This document shows positions 17,797 through 27,519 of a stretch of DNA of 64,000 nucleotides, in pieces (within the stretch, counting starts at the first letter, position 1; each line of letters opens with the position of its first letter). This stretch comes from an uncultured Christensenellaceae bacterium. Its GTDB lineage: Bacteria; Bacillota; Clostridia; Christensenellales; SZUA-584. The translations under genes were made by a program, and so were the position numbers. The notes under the pieces are model-generated. The model was not told the DNA's origin and did no database searches. It saw nothing but the letters and a program-made list of their open reading frames with translations. Where the stretch lies: positions 8,791-72,790 of the forward strand of contig CAYTUG010000005.1 in the NCBI GenBank assembly GCA_964441275.1, read 5' to 3'.

Positions 17797-19025
17797 CCCT
17801 CTTTTCTTTTAAGCACTATGCATGAATTGTGCCCGCCGAACCCGAAAGAATTGCTCAGCCCATAGAGCGTGTCCATTTTTTTTGCTTTGCCTTTTACATA
17901 ATCGAGGTTGCACCCTTCGCCTTCATGCAAAAGCCCGGCAGTGGGCGGTGCTATGCCTTCGTTTAATGCGCATGCGGTCATTATAACCTCAAACGCGCCC
18001 GCCGCACCCAGCAAATGTCCCGTCATGGATTTTGTTGAGCTGACCAGTAAATTTTTTGAATGCTCGCCAAAACAGAGCTCAATAGCTTTACTTTCGGTAA
18101 CATCGTTAAGCGGGGTGCTTGTGCCATGCGCATTTATGTACCCCACATCTTCGGGTTTGATGTTTGCATTGAGCATAGCTAATCTCATTGCCTCTATGGC
18201 GTATTTGCCTTCCGGCATCGGCGCTGTGATATGAAAAGCGTCACATGTTTGCGCGTACCCGGCAATCCGCCCAAAAGATTTTGCGCCCCGGGCTTTTGCA
18301 TGCCGTTCGCTTTCTATAAGCAAAAACGCGGCGCCTTCGCCCATGACAAAGCCCTGCCTGTCTTTGTCAAAAGGTATGCTTGCTCTTTTCGGGTCGCTCT
18401 CTTCGGATAACGCCTGCATCTGATGAAACCCCTGGACCGCAAGTTCGTTTAACGCCGATTCAACCCCGCCTACCAGCATTGCGTCCGCACGCCCTTCTTT
18501 TACGGCGTAATATGCATGGCCTATTGCATCCGCGCTTGATGAACATGCCGTAACTATGCTAAAACAAGGGCCATGCAATCCAAACCGGATAGCAATAAGC
18601 CCCGCGGCAGTATTTATAATTGCTTTCGGGATAAAAAGTGACGATATGGACCTTGGGCCTTGCCGGTTCATTTCATCGTACTGGCTGCAAATAATGTCAA
18701 GCCCGCCAATTCCGCATCCAAGCACAACCCCTATACGGTTCTCGTCAAAATCTTCTATCCCGCCTTGCTCCCACGCCTGAACGGCCGCCGCAACTGCAAG
18801 CTGTGCAAACCGCGCCATCCGGTTTGCTTCACGCTTAGGTATAACTCCAAACGGGTCAAAGTCCTTAACTTCCCCCGCCGCGATTATGCCCGTATATTCC
18901 GTATCAAAACGTTCCGCCTTTTTTATGCCGCACTCTCCCGCAACTGCGGCTCGAAACGAATCTTCTACATTGTGCCCAATGGGCGATATCGCCCCCATGC
19001 CGGTTATCAGTACTCTATTGCTCAT
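17793..19025 (-). CDS. fabF: Beta-ketoacyl-ACP synthase II
   Basis: MSNRVLITGMGAISPIG..., active-site ACSSS, HGTSTPLND and GHLLGAAG motifs. The ORF track starts at 19037 (MGGLMSN). ATG 19025 is preceded by GGGAGG. Confidence 0.9.
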   Translation of the reverse strand: MSNRVLITGMGAISPIGHNVEDSFRAAVAGECGIKKAERFDTEYTGIIAAGEVKDFDPFGVIPKREANRMARFAQLAVAAAVQAWEQGGIEDFDENRIGVVLGCGIGGLDIICSQYDEMNRQGPRSISSLFIPKAIINTAAGLIAIRFGLHGPCFSIVTACSSSADAIGHAYYAVKEGRADAMLVGGVESALNELAVQGFHQMQALSEESDPKRASIPFDKDRQGFVMGEGAAFLLIESERHAKARGAKSFGRIAGYAQTCDAFHITAPMPEGKYAIEAMRLAMLNANIKPEDVGYINAHGTSTPLNDVTESKAIELCFGEHSKNLLVSSTKSMTGHLLGAAGAFEVIMTACALNEGIAPPTAGLLHEGEGCNLDYVKGKAKKMDTLYGLSNSFGFGGHNSCIVLKRKEG

Positions 19026-19043
19026 AAGCCCTCCCATGTAAAA

Positions 19044-19778
19044 TCAGGTAACCATCCCGCCGTCTACCACTAAAACCTGCCCGGTAATATACGATGCGTC
19101 GTCGCTGCAAAGAAACCCGGTAAGCGCCGCAACATCTTCGGGCATTCCGAAACGACGCATGGGAATTGCGTCCAACATCTTTTTGCGTATGTCCTCCGCC
19201 AAGCGGTCTGTCATTGCGGTAGTGATAAACCCGGGCGCTATTGCGTTCACGCAAATACCGCGCGGCGCAACCTCCTTAGCGCACGACTTTGTAAATCCAA
19301 TAATAGCCGCTTTAGACGCTGCATAGTTGGTTTGCCCCGCATTTCCCGTCAAACCTACAACCGAGCTGATATTAACCACCCTGCCGCTGCGGGATTTGAT
19401 CATATACGCAATCGCCGCCCGCGTACAGTAAAAACAGCTGTCCATGTTGGTGCGCATCACTTCAATATACTGCTCGTCCGTCATGCGCATAATAAGCCCG
19501 TCATTTGTTGCGCCCGCATTGTTTACAAGCGTATGAATGCCCCCTAAGTTCTCTACGCACTGTTCAACCAAAGAGGCGCACTGCTCAGGTTTAGATAAAT
19601 CCGCCCCAAGCGCCGCCGCCCGCCTTCCCTGCGATTTAATCTTTTCCATCAGCTCTTTCGCCTTTGCCTCGCTTTTGTTGTAATGCAGCGCAATATCAAA
19701 CCCGTTTTGCGCCAGCCTTAAACAGATAGCCCGACCAATACCCCCGGACGAACCGGTAACCAACGCCACCTTGCTCAT
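19044..19778 (-). CDS. fabG: 3-oxoacyl-ACP reductase
   Basis: SDR motifs TGSSGGIGRA and YAASKAA, located inside the fab operon. Confidence 0.9.
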   Translation of the reverse strand: MSKVALVTGSSGGIGRAICLRLAQNGFDIALHYNKSEAKAKELMEKIKSQGRRAAALGADLSKPEQCASLVEQCVENLGGIHTLVNNAGATNDGLIMRMTDEQYIEVMRTNMDSCFYCTRAAIAYMIKSRSGRVVNISSVVGLTGNAGQTNYAASKAAIIGFTKSCAKEVAPRGICVNAIAPGFITTAMTDRLAEDIRKKMLDAIPMRRFGMPEDVAALTGFLCSDDASYITGQVLVVDGGMVT

Positions 19779-19779
19779 T

Positions 19780-20694
19780 CTAATACCTCTCTAAAAATTC
19801 CTCAAGCGTTTGCTTGTCCCGTACAGAGTAAACATCAGCTTGTTTTCCCAACCGGCGCTTTAACATCTTCGAGAGAACGGCAGAAGGGCCAATCTCCACA
19901 AATCGCCGCACGCCATTTGATATCATGTGTTCCACGCACTCATGCCAACGCACTCTTTTTATCATCTGCTGCGCAAGCAAATCCCGTATATCGGCATGCT
20001 CCGGATAAGGTTTTCCGAGCACATTAGAGTATGTTGTGCAATGCATTTTTGCCAAGTTAATCTGGTTAAGCTGCGCCCGAAATTGTTCGGCCGCCGAACA
20101 AAGCAAGGGAAAGTGCGAAGGGCCTTTAACGTCAAGCAGGGTGACCATCTTAGCACCCTTTTGTTTGAAAATTCGCTCAATAATTTCTAAATCTTTGGTC
20201 TTGCCGGCAATTACCGTTTGTAAATCGGATAAATGATTGGCAACATCGGCTTTGTCAAATCCTTCAATATCCTTTTCTACCTGGTTTACGGTAAATCCGA
20301 TTACCGAAAGCATTCCGCCCTCGCCTGCCGGAAATGCGCTGTCCATTATGCCGCCCCTTTTGGCAACTAAAGCCGCCCCCTGCTCTGCGCTAAAAACAGC
20401 TGCCGCACACAATGCGCTGTATTCGCCAAGCGAAAGCCCGGCGTAGTTTTGCGCAACAACCCCCCTGTTTTTTAAAACGCTAAACAGCGAGATGCTGTGC
20501 GCAAATATCGCCGGCTGCACAGTCTCACTTTCATCCATCCCGCGCCCTTCGAAACACGCGGATTTTAAATCCTTGTTTGATCCTCGTTGGCATTCATCAA
20601 AAGTGTTTTTATAATCGGTATAATAATCGTATAAGTCCAACCCCATGCCAACCGTTTGCGCCCCCTGTCCGGGAAACAAGAAGGCCGTATTCAC
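19780..20694 (-). CDS. fabD: Malonyl-CoA:ACP transacylase
   Basis: FLFPGQGAQ and GLSLGEYSAL active-site motifs. Confidence 0.9.
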   Translation of the reverse strand: MNTAFLFPGQGAQTVGMGLDLYDYYTDYKNTFDECQRGSNKDLKSACFEGRGMDESETVQPAIFAHSISLFSVLKNRGVVAQNYAGLSLGEYSALCAAAVFSAEQGAALVAKRGGIMDSAFPAGEGGMLSVIGFTVNQVEKDIEGFDKADVANHLSDLQTVIAGKTKDLEIIERIFKQKGAKMVTLLDVKGPSHFPLLCSAAEQFRAQLNQINLAKMHCTTYSNVLGKPYPEHADIRDLLAQQMIKRVRWHECVEHMISNGVRRFVEIGPSAVLSKMLKRRLGKQADVYSVRDKQTLEEFLERY

Positions 20695-20698
20695 CTAA

Positions 20699-21652
20699 TC
20701 ACCTCACCCGCAATTGCCCGGCTGCGCTGTCAAAAGTGGTTTTAAGACTTTTTGCATCGAACAGTTCGGCAATTATCTGTTTGGCGGGCATTATTTTATC
20801 CAACATACATGCGCACTGCCCCGCCATAAAGGAGCCTCGCTCCTTATCCGCGTTTAGTACCGCCGCCTGTAACGAGCCTTCGCCAAGCTTAACGATAATT
20901 TCCGCTGCGTTTTGCTCATATTCTAAGCTCATAAGCCGCCTGGCAAACGGGCTTAAAAGAAGCCTAACCGGATGTCCGGTAACGCGCCCCGTAACCTTGC
21001 TGTCTATATCCTTTGCCTTTATGATTCGCTCTTTGTATTGCCGGTGGGCAATGCATTCTTCCGCCAATATGAACCTTGTGCCGACTTGAACGCCCTTAGC
21101 CCCCAAGCAAAACGCGGCTGCCACTGTATTAGCGTCAAAAATGCCGCCTGCGGCAACCACCGGTATACTTACGCTTTGCACAATGTTGCGTACTAACACC
21201 AATGTAGACAGCTCGCCTATATGCCCCCCTGCCTCGCATCCCTCGGCTATTAAAAAATCCGCTCCCGCCTTTTGCAGCCTTAGCGCCAACGCACGGCTGG
21301 GCACGACCGGCGCCACAATAATGCCTGCATTTTTCCAGCTTTCAATGTACTGTGCGGGGTTGCCCGCCCCGGTTATCACCACCGGAACGCGCATATCTGT
21401 CGCAATCTGCGCAATTTCTTTAACAAACGGGCTTAGCATCATTATGTTTAGCCCAAAAGATTTGTCCGTTCTCTCCCTAACTAAATTTATCTGAGTTATA
21501 ACCCATTCGGGCGGCGCATTGCCTGCCGCGATAACCCCAAGCCCACCGGCTATCGATACGGCGGCTGCAAGATTAGCTTCAGAAACCCATGCCATACCGC
21601 CTTGAATTATCGGGTAGTCGATTTTAAGTAACTCTTTTATGCTGTCATGCAT
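20699..21652 (-). CDS. fabK: Enoyl-ACP reductase II (FMN-dependent, FabK type)
   Basis: DYPIIQGGMAWVS...GGLGVIAAGN...EAGGHIG of the NMO/FabK family. I place the start at ATG 21652 (MHDSIKEL), which overlaps the acpP stop as ATGCATGA. The ORF track extension to 21676 would run 32 nt into acpP. Confidence 0.85.
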   Translation of the reverse strand: MHDSIKELLKIDYPIIQGGMAWVSEANLAAAVSIAGGLGVIAAGNAPPEWVITQINLVRERTDKSFGLNIMMLSPFVKEIAQIATDMRVPVVITGAGNPAQYIESWKNAGIIVAPVVPSRALALRLQKAGADFLIAEGCEAGGHIGELSTLVLVRNIVQSVSIPVVAAGGIFDANTVAAAFCLGAKGVQVGTRFILAEECIAHRQYKERIIKAKDIDSKVTGRVTGHPVRLLLSPFARRLMSLEYEQNAAEIIVKLGEGSLQAAVLNADKERGSFMAGQCACMLDKIMPAKQIIAELFDAKSLKTTFDSAAGQLRVR

Positions 21653-21875
21653 CCTTCTTTTCTTCCAAGTACGCAATAAGTTGCCCCACTGTCGTTAAGT
21701 CTTTAACGTCGTCGTTTGGGATTTTAATGTCAGTTTGTTTTTCGAGATCGATTAACATCTCTACCATATCGAGCGAATCCATCTCAAAGTCTTCAACAAA
21801 ACGCGAATCCATTGTAATGTCTTCTTCTTTTAAATCGAGCTGCTCCACAAGATTTTTGATTATCATTTCCTTCAT
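21645..21875 (-). CDS. acpP: Acyl carrier protein
   Basis: FEMDSLDMVEMLIDLE contains the DSLD phosphopantetheine-attachment motif. I prefer ATG 21875 (MKEMIIKN), with GGAGGA 7 nt upstream. The ORF track extension to 21929 overlaps fabH. Confidence 0.85.
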   Translation of the reverse strand: MKEMIIKNLVEQLDLKEEDITMDSRFVEDFEMDSLDMVEMLIDLEKQTDIKIPNDDVKDLTTVGQLIAYLEEKKDA

Positions 21876-21895
21876 TTCGTTGTCCTCCATTGTTT

Positions 21896-22873
21896 TTATA
21901 TTGTCCAATCTATTACTACTCCGCCGCACGTTAGCCCTGAACCAAAACCTACAAGGGCAACCCTATCCCCTTTTTTAAGCCATCCTTGCTCATACGCATC
22001 GCACATGGCAATAGGTATGGTAGCGGAGGAAGTATTGGCATATTCATCGATATCAAGAAAGAATTGTTCTCTTCCTATATCCATCCTTCGTATTACTAAA
22101 TCAATTATCTTGGCATTCGCCTGATGTGGTATAACTTTATTAAAAGGCTTATCCCCGCACATGTCAAGAAGTTTTCTGAGGGTATCCTCTACGGCGCCGG
22201 TGGCGTACGTAAAAACTTCCGAGCCTTTCATCTGTAAATATCTTGCTCCTTCATTCGGCTTGAATCCAAACGGAGTCGGCTTAAGCTCTTTCTCCAACAG
22301 TATTACTTCTTCTCTATCGGGCGTTCCGCTCATCACCGGATAGCGCATACACGGCTGATCGCTTCTTTTGAGTACCGCAGCGCCTGCTCCATCGCCAAAC
22401 AGCACGCAAGTTGACCGATCCGTCCAGTCTATATAGCTCGATATAACCTCGCTCGCAACTACAAGCGCCGAGTTTATTTTAAGCGTATCCATAAGGCTTG
22501 CCGCCGTTATCAGCCCAAATACAAACCCTGTGCAGCCTGCAGATAAATCCATACAAGCGCAATCGTCAATGTCGAGCTGTTTTTGTATTAAGCTTGAAAC
22601 GGTTGGGGTTGCGCACTCGCCCGTAAAAGTGCTGGCTATAATCAGCTTAACATCGTCTTTATCTACCCGCGCCTGCTCAAGCGCCGCAAGCGCAACATCG
22701 CCGCCTAAGCTAACTGTAGTTTCGTCCGACACCAAGTAGCGCGTTTTAATCCCCGTCCGTTTTGTTATCCACTCGTCACTCGTATCCACAAGTTTTTCAA
22801 GTTCAAAGTTTGTTACTTTTCTTTTTGGCAGACTTTTCGCTATGCCTGCTATCTCTACCGGCGCAATCATCAA
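21896..22873 (-). CDS. fabH: Beta-ketoacyl-ACP synthase III
   Basis: ...DLSAGCTGFVFGL (active-site Cys), ...IPHQAN..., ...GFGSGLT. Confidence 0.9.
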   Translation of the reverse strand: MMIAPVEIAGIAKSLPKRKVTNFELEKLVDTSDEWITKRTGIKTRYLVSDETTVSLGGDVALAALEQARVDKDDVKLIIASTFTGECATPTVSSLIQKQLDIDDCACMDLSAGCTGFVFGLITAASLMDTLKINSALVVASEVISSYIDWTDRSTCVLFGDGAGAAVLKRSDQPCMRYPVMSGTPDREEVILLEKELKPTPFGFKPNEGARYLQMKGSEVFTYATGAVEDTLRKLLDMCGDKPFNKVIPHQANAKIIDLVIRRMDIGREQFFLDIDEYANTSSATIPIAMCDAYEQGWLKKGDRVALVGFGSGLTCGGVVIDWTI

Positions 22874-23700
22874 AGACCTCTCATATTTAAAAATTTTTCG
22901 TGTCTCATTTCCACCAACTTGCTAACAGGTATTTTTGTCAGCCTGTTTAGTATTGTAACGCATTCGTTTCTGATATCTTCCACGCTTTGCCGCATATTAA
23001 AACGGTCAAACCCTTCCGGCTCTTTTATCACCTTATCGACAATATTAAATTGCTTTAAATCTTTTGCGGTAAGCTTTAAATTTTCCGCAGCCGTCTCAGC
23101 AAGAGAGCTGTCTTTAAAAAGTATCGAAGCGCACCCCTCGGGAGATATAACCGAAAAGTAACTGTTTTCCATCATAACAAGCCTGTCCGATAAAGACAAA
23201 GCTAAAGCGCCCCCGCTTCCGCCTTCGCCTATGATTATTGTGATAAGCGGCGTTTTTAAGGTTGCCATAAGCCGCAGATGTTTGGCGATAATAAGCCCCT
23301 GCCCTCTTGCTTCGGCCTCAATACCCGGAAAAGCGCCCGGGGTATCCACAAAGCATATAACGGGCCTTGAAAACTTTTCCGCCTGATTAAGAGCGCGCAT
23401 AGACTTTCTGTATCCTTCAGGGTGTGGCATACCAAAATTACACAACATCCGCTCTTCAAGCGTGTGCCCTTTCTGCTGCCCTATAACGGTAACCGGCCAT
23501 TTTTCAAACCGCGCTATTGCGGTAATGATGGAAGGGTCGTCTCCGTAACAACGATCGCCCTTAGTTTCAAAAAAATCATGGAAAAGTTTATCTATATAGT
23601 CGTGCGCCTGCGGTCTGTTTTCTTTTCGGGCGTTGCACACTCTTTCCCAAGAGCTATCCTTTAAGTTTTCAATATTTACTTCTTCTCTTTTAACACTCAT
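22870..23700 (-). CDS. accA: Acetyl-CoA carboxylase carboxyltransferase, alpha subunit
   Basis: ...PHPEGYRK..R....A.KF.RPVICFVDTPGAFPG..AE.RGQ... and IGEGGSGGALAL motifs. Confidence 0.9.
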   Translation of the reverse strand: MSVKREEVNIENLKDSSWERVCNARKENRPQAHDYIDKLFHDFFETKGDRCYGDDPSIITAIARFEKWPVTVIGQQKGHTLEERMLCNFGMPHPEGYRKSMRALNQAEKFSRPVICFVDTPGAFPGIEAEARGQGLIIAKHLRLMATLKTPLITIIIGEGGSGGALALSLSDRLVMMENSYFSVISPEGCASILFKDSSLAETAAENLKLTAKDLKQFNIVDKVIKEPEGFDRFNMRQSVEDIRNECVTILNRLTKIPVSKLVEMRHEKFLNMRGL

Positions 23701-23722
23701 TATCTTAAACCCTTTTCAATTA

Positions 23723-24565
23723 CTAAAGTAATCGCGGCGTATCAGCTTTACAATGAAGCGAAAGTATTCTCGCCAATGTGTCACGCATATCCATCCTGTC
23801 AACAATTCTGTCGATCAACCCGTGCTCATAAAGAAACTCAGCAGTCTGAAAACCTTCGGGCAGCTCGTCTTTTACCGTCTGCTGGATAACGCGCGGCCCC
23901 GCAAATCCAATAAGCGCTTTGGGTTCGGCTATTGTAATATCCCCTTGCATTGCAAAACTTGCGGTTACGCCCCCCGTAGTCGGGTGAGTAAGCACGTTAA
24001 GGTGCAGCAGCTTATGCCTGCTGTGGCGCGCAAGAGCTATTGTGGTTCGCGACATCTGCAAAAGCGAATGTATTCCTTCCTGCATACGCGCTCCGCCCGA
24101 TGCGCAGAAAATGATAAGCGGAAGTTCGTTTATAATTGCGAATTCGGTAATAATAACAATTTTTTCACCCACGACTGTTCCCATGCTGCCCATCATAAAG
24201 TATGAATCCATAACTGCCATTGCAGTTCTTAATCCTTTTATTGTTGCCTTGCCTATAACGACGCCTTCCTGAACGTTGGATTTTGTTTTTTCACTCGCAA
24301 TTTTTGTTTTGTACCCCGGAAATGAAAGAGGATCTTTGCTTTCGGCTTCACGCTCAATCTCAATAAAACTGCCCGAGTCCGCAATCATATCAATCCTGTT
24401 GTACACGGGTTGCCGGAACAAAAACCCGCAGAAAGGACAGATAGAATAATTCGCATGTATTACGTCAGCTATCATTTCTTTGCCGCACTCACCGCAACGC
24501 AGCAGTTCAATACCATTTGGGGCATCCGAAACAAATCCCTTAACTTCTTCTTTAAACAGATTCAT
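23723..24565 (-). CDS. accD: Acetyl-CoA carboxylase carboxyltransferase, beta subunit
   Basis: N-terminal Zn ribbon CGECGKE...CPFCG, then GGARMQEG. ATG 24565 has GGAGG 5 nt upstream and lies inside the end of accC. The ORF track begins at 24577. Confidence 0.9.
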   Translation of the reverse strand: MNLFKEEVKGFVSDAPNGIELLRCGECGKEMIADVIHANYSICPFCGFLFRQPVYNRIDMIADSGSFIEIEREAESKDPLSFPGYKTKIASEKTKSNVQEGVVIGKATIKGLRTAMAVMDSYFMMGSMGTVVGEKIVIITEFAIINELPLIIFCASGGARMQEGIHSLLQMSRTTIALARHSRHKLLHLNVLTHPTTGGVTASFAMQGDITIAEPKALIGFAGPRVIQQTVKDELPEGFQTAEFLYEHGLIDRIVDRMDMRDTLARILSLHCKADTPRLL

Positions 24566-25922
24566 TTGAACCTCCAAAAAAGCGGCTGTAAAATTTATGT
24601 TCTATCCATTTTGTGTGAATGTTTCCGGTTAAAAAATCATCATCGCATAAAATTGCGCGTGCAAAAGCCGCGTTGTGGTTTATGCCTTCGATTTCCAATT
24701 CATCGAGCGAAGCTATGCTTTGTGCAATAGCCTCTTTTCTGCTATCACCAAAACATACGAGCTTTAACACCATTGAATCGTAAAAAGGCGGAATTTGATC
24801 GCCCGCGCAATAGCCCGTATCAACGCGCACGCCATGTCCGCCCGGAAGGCGCAGGTTTTTGATAACCCCCGGGGACGGCCTGAATTTTTCAGATACATCT
24901 TCAGCATTTATCCGGCATTCTATTGCGTGCCCTTTTTGCACAAGCATATCTTGCGCAACATCGATTTTATGCGAAAGCGCAGCCTGAATTTGAGCCTTTA
25001 TCAGGTCTATACCGTATATGCACTCGGTTACGGGATGCTCAACCTGTATACGGGTGTTCATTTCCATGAAATAGTACTTATTATCGTCAGTCAAAAGGAA
25101 TTCTATAGTTCCCGCATTTTTATAGCCAACAATTTTAGCTATTTTAACAGCGGTATTTTGAATTTTATCTAAAATGCCCGGGGCAACATTAGGCGCCGGC
25201 GCTTCTTCTATAAGCTTTTGATTTCTGCGCTGCAGGCTGCATTCCCTTGTACCCAAATGCAGTGTGTTTCCATACTCATCGGCTAATATTTGCACCTCTA
25301 TATGCCTTGTGTTTACAAGGCAAGCCTCAATGTAAACCGATTTGTCGCCGAAAGCAAGCTCTGCTTCACGGCAAACCAATGCAAATTCGTGTTCAAGCTC
25401 CGCCAAATTGTTAACTACGCGTATGCCTTTTCCCCCGCCGCCTTTCGCGGCTTTTATCATAAGCGGAAAGCCGACTTTTTGCGCAACTTCAACCGCAGCT
25501 TTAAGGTTCTCCACCACGCCGTCGGAACCCGGCACAACGGGGATTGCGTTTTCAATCATCAACTGGCGCGCTTTTTGTTTATCGCCCAGCAAGCGCATAA
25601 CCTGCGCATCCGGACCTACAAAGCGCAGCCCCGCGTCCTTGCAGCTTTGGGCGAAATCTGCATTTTCGGATAAAAAGCCTACCCCCGGATGAATTAATTC
25701 CGCGTTATAAGCGTTTGCGGCAGCAATCAAAGCCTTTATATTCAAATAGCTTTTTTTTGCTTCCCTCGGGCCTATGCACACCCTGTAATCGGCAAGCCTT
25801 GTATGCATGCTCCCTTCGTCATTTTCGGAAAAAACGGCCACTGTTTTAAGATTTAGCTTTTTACAGGTGCGAATTATGCGCACGGCTATCTCGCCCCTGT
25901 TGGCAACAAGCACGGTACCCAT
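24552..25922 (-). CDS. accC: Biotin carboxylase
   Basis: VLVANRGEIAVRIIR, ATP-grasp GGGGKGIR, EMNTRIQVEHPVTE. Confidence 0.92.
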   Translation of the reverse strand: MGTVLVANRGEIAVRIIRTCKKLNLKTVAVFSENDEGSMHTRLADYRVCIGPREAKKSYLNIKALIAAANAYNAELIHPGVGFLSENADFAQSCKDAGLRFVGPDAQVMRLLGDKQKARQLMIENAIPVVPGSDGVVENLKAAVEVAQKVGFPLMIKAAKGGGGKGIRVVNNLAELEHEFALVCREAELAFGDKSVYIEACLVNTRHIEVQILADEYGNTLHLGTRECSLQRRNQKLIEEAPAPNVAPGILDKIQNTAVKIAKIVGYKNAGTIEFLLTDDNKYYFMEMNTRIQVEHPVTECIYGIDLIKAQIQAALSHKIDVAQDMLVQKGHAIECRINAEDVSEKFRPSPGVIKNLRLPGGHGVRVDTGYCAGDQIPPFYDSMVLKLVCFGDSRKEAIAQSIASLDELEIEGINHNAAFARAILCDDDFLTGNIHTKWIEHKFYSRFFGGSNESV

Positions 25923-25923
25923 G

Positions 25924-26367
25924 CTATTCTTCCTTTGCGTATATAAAGAGCGATTCGTCCGCCGAGACTACCTGCCCGTCAGAGGCAAGCACGCACTCAA
26001 TCGTTCCGGGTTTTGGCGCACACACTTCGTTCATCATCTTCATTGCTTCTATAATGCAAACGGTGTCGCCTTTGTTAACTGTGTCTCCCGCTTTAACAAA
26101 AGGTTCTGCCCCCGGCTCTTTCGCAACATAGAAAACCCCTGCAATAGGAGACTTGATTACCTCGTCTTTCGCGGTTTGCCGCTCAACCGCTTTATCGTTT
26201 ACCAGGCTTTCATTAAACGGCGAAACATTATCCTGCGCATTCTTCAAACCCCCTGCGGCGCAATTTTTAGTCAGGGACAGTTTGATGTCCTGCGTTTGTA
26301 TTTCAATTCTATCAAATGAAGTATCTTCAACTTTTTTTATAAGACTAAATATCTTTTCGATATCCAT
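25924..26367 (-). CDS. accB: Biotin carboxyl carrier protein
   Basis: Biotinyl-lysine motif IIEAMKMMNEV. AGGAG RBS. First gene of the acc-fab operon. Confidence 0.9.
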   Translation of the reverse strand: MDIEKIFSLIKKVEDTSFDRIEIQTQDIKLSLTKNCAAGGLKNAQDNVSPFNESLVNDKAVERQTAKDEVIKSPIAGVFYVAKEPGAEPFVKAGDTVNKGDTVCIIEAMKMMNEVCAPKPGTIECVLASDGQVVSADESLFIYAKEE

Positions 26368-26410
26368 CCAATCGCTCCTTTCAGCTTAGAAAAGCTATTT
26401 ACCGGCTTTA

Positions 26411-26427
26411 TGTTAGCAATGCTAACA
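26411..26427. promoter_or_regulatory. Perfect palindromic operator candidate in the acc-fab leader
   Basis: TGTTAGC-AAT-GCTAACA (7-bp arms, 3-bp spacer). It lies between the predicted -10 box and the accB RBS. Confidence 0.45.
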
Positions 26428-26441
26428 AGCATGTCTACGCA

Positions 26442-26470
26442 ATAATATAATGCGCTTGGAAATCTGTCAA
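26442..26470 (-). promoter_or_regulatory. Sigma-A-type promoter of the acc-fab operon
   Basis: On the minus strand: TTGACA (26470-26465), 17-nt spacer, TATTAT (26447-26442). Confidence 0.55.
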
Positions 26471-26743
26471 TGTTGCATATTAGTATTTTGTAACGAAATA
26501 GTCAGATTTTATTTTTAGATGTTACAAATTATTTGTGTTTATTTGCACTTGTCAGTTTTTATAAGCATAATAACCGGATAATTGACAGCCAATTTTGATC
26601 TGCGCTTTGCATTAATCACCCACGTTTTTTAATACTTTTTTAAAATAAGCTTCTTTTTTTCTTTTGCTATTGCCAATACACAGCAATATTATAATTGAAA
26701 ACCCTGAATGTGTCACTACATTTATATTCCAAATAATCATTTC

Positions 26744-27336
26744 ATTGCAAGTTTAATTGTCTACCGTATAATACCAACTACACCTAAGACGCAAATACTT
26801 CATTCGCCGTTCTGTATCCAAACATGCGCCTCGGATAGTTATTCGTCCAGTGTTCGATACGCTGTCCATCCGTCTTTGTCAGCTTATTAGCCACCTCCTC
26901 TTGTTTTTTTTGCTTTCAGCTTGAATATCTGTTCCTTCCTGCTTGCCCTCTCCGGCATCACTTAGAGACACCGCTCTGACATTTCCAACGACACAATCCA
27001 TTTCCCAGTGACCCATTTCTTGACGATTATCAATACTTTTAGGCCGCTCTTCTATGCTTTGCCATTTAAGATTATTTAAGGCTAACTTGTGTATACGTCT
27101 GTCTCGTCTAAGACGCTTGTTTATCTCTATTGGCGTTTGCTTGTCCTTAAGCAATATCTCAATTTGATACTGCTCCTTTTCACTTAACTGTTTCCATTTT
27201 CTCGGCTTTGTGTTACTCTGCTCTTGACCAATCAAATCACCTCGGTTGCTTTGTTGTTGCAACTTTCAGTGTAACCGGTTTATAACCTTGATGGGTCACT
27301 TTCTTTTTACTTTGGGCAATTCATTTTACAGCTTGC
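26744..27336 (-). mobile_element. IS30-family insertion sequence remnant (internally deleted, non-autonomous)
   Basis: It contains the transposase fragments described in the next feature. The low-coordinate end carries the core CAATTAAACTTGCAAT (26744-26759, minus strand). The high-coordinate end carries a related GGGCAATT...GCTTGC sequence (27314-27336). Confidence 0.6.
26784..27262 (-). pseudogene. IS30-family transposase pseudogene (HTH, first catalytic motif and C-terminus retained; DDE core deleted; frameshift)
   Basis: The 127-aa ORF has LSEKEQYQIEILLKDKQTPIEI (HTH) joined almost directly to IEERPKSIDNRQEMGHWEMDCVVG (the GHWEGD motif). After an A8 run the frame shifts to ...LTKTDGQRIEHWTNNYPRRMFGYRTANEVFAS* (IS30 C-terminal motif, stop at 26784). 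Confidence 0.6.
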
Positions 27337-27519
27337 CAGTACGCTTATAAGTTCTGCAGATGCAAATAGAAAATATTTAAAAATGCCTACTAATTGTGGC
27401 ATTAAGCGTTTCAATAAATGATTAATACGGTATAGTATAATATGTAATCCGAATTATATCTATTGATCATGATAATTAATAGACAATAAATATATAAAAT
27501 GTCTGAAGGAATTAAAGAA

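Noticed and set aside
19015-25692. Many 60-170-aa ORFs on both strands across the fab/acc operon (for example 19015..19254, 20577..21089, 23753..24205, 24795..25172, 25290..25692, 25807..26319).
   Set aside because: All are shadows of highly recognisable FAS II and ACC genes. None has an RBS or family motifs.
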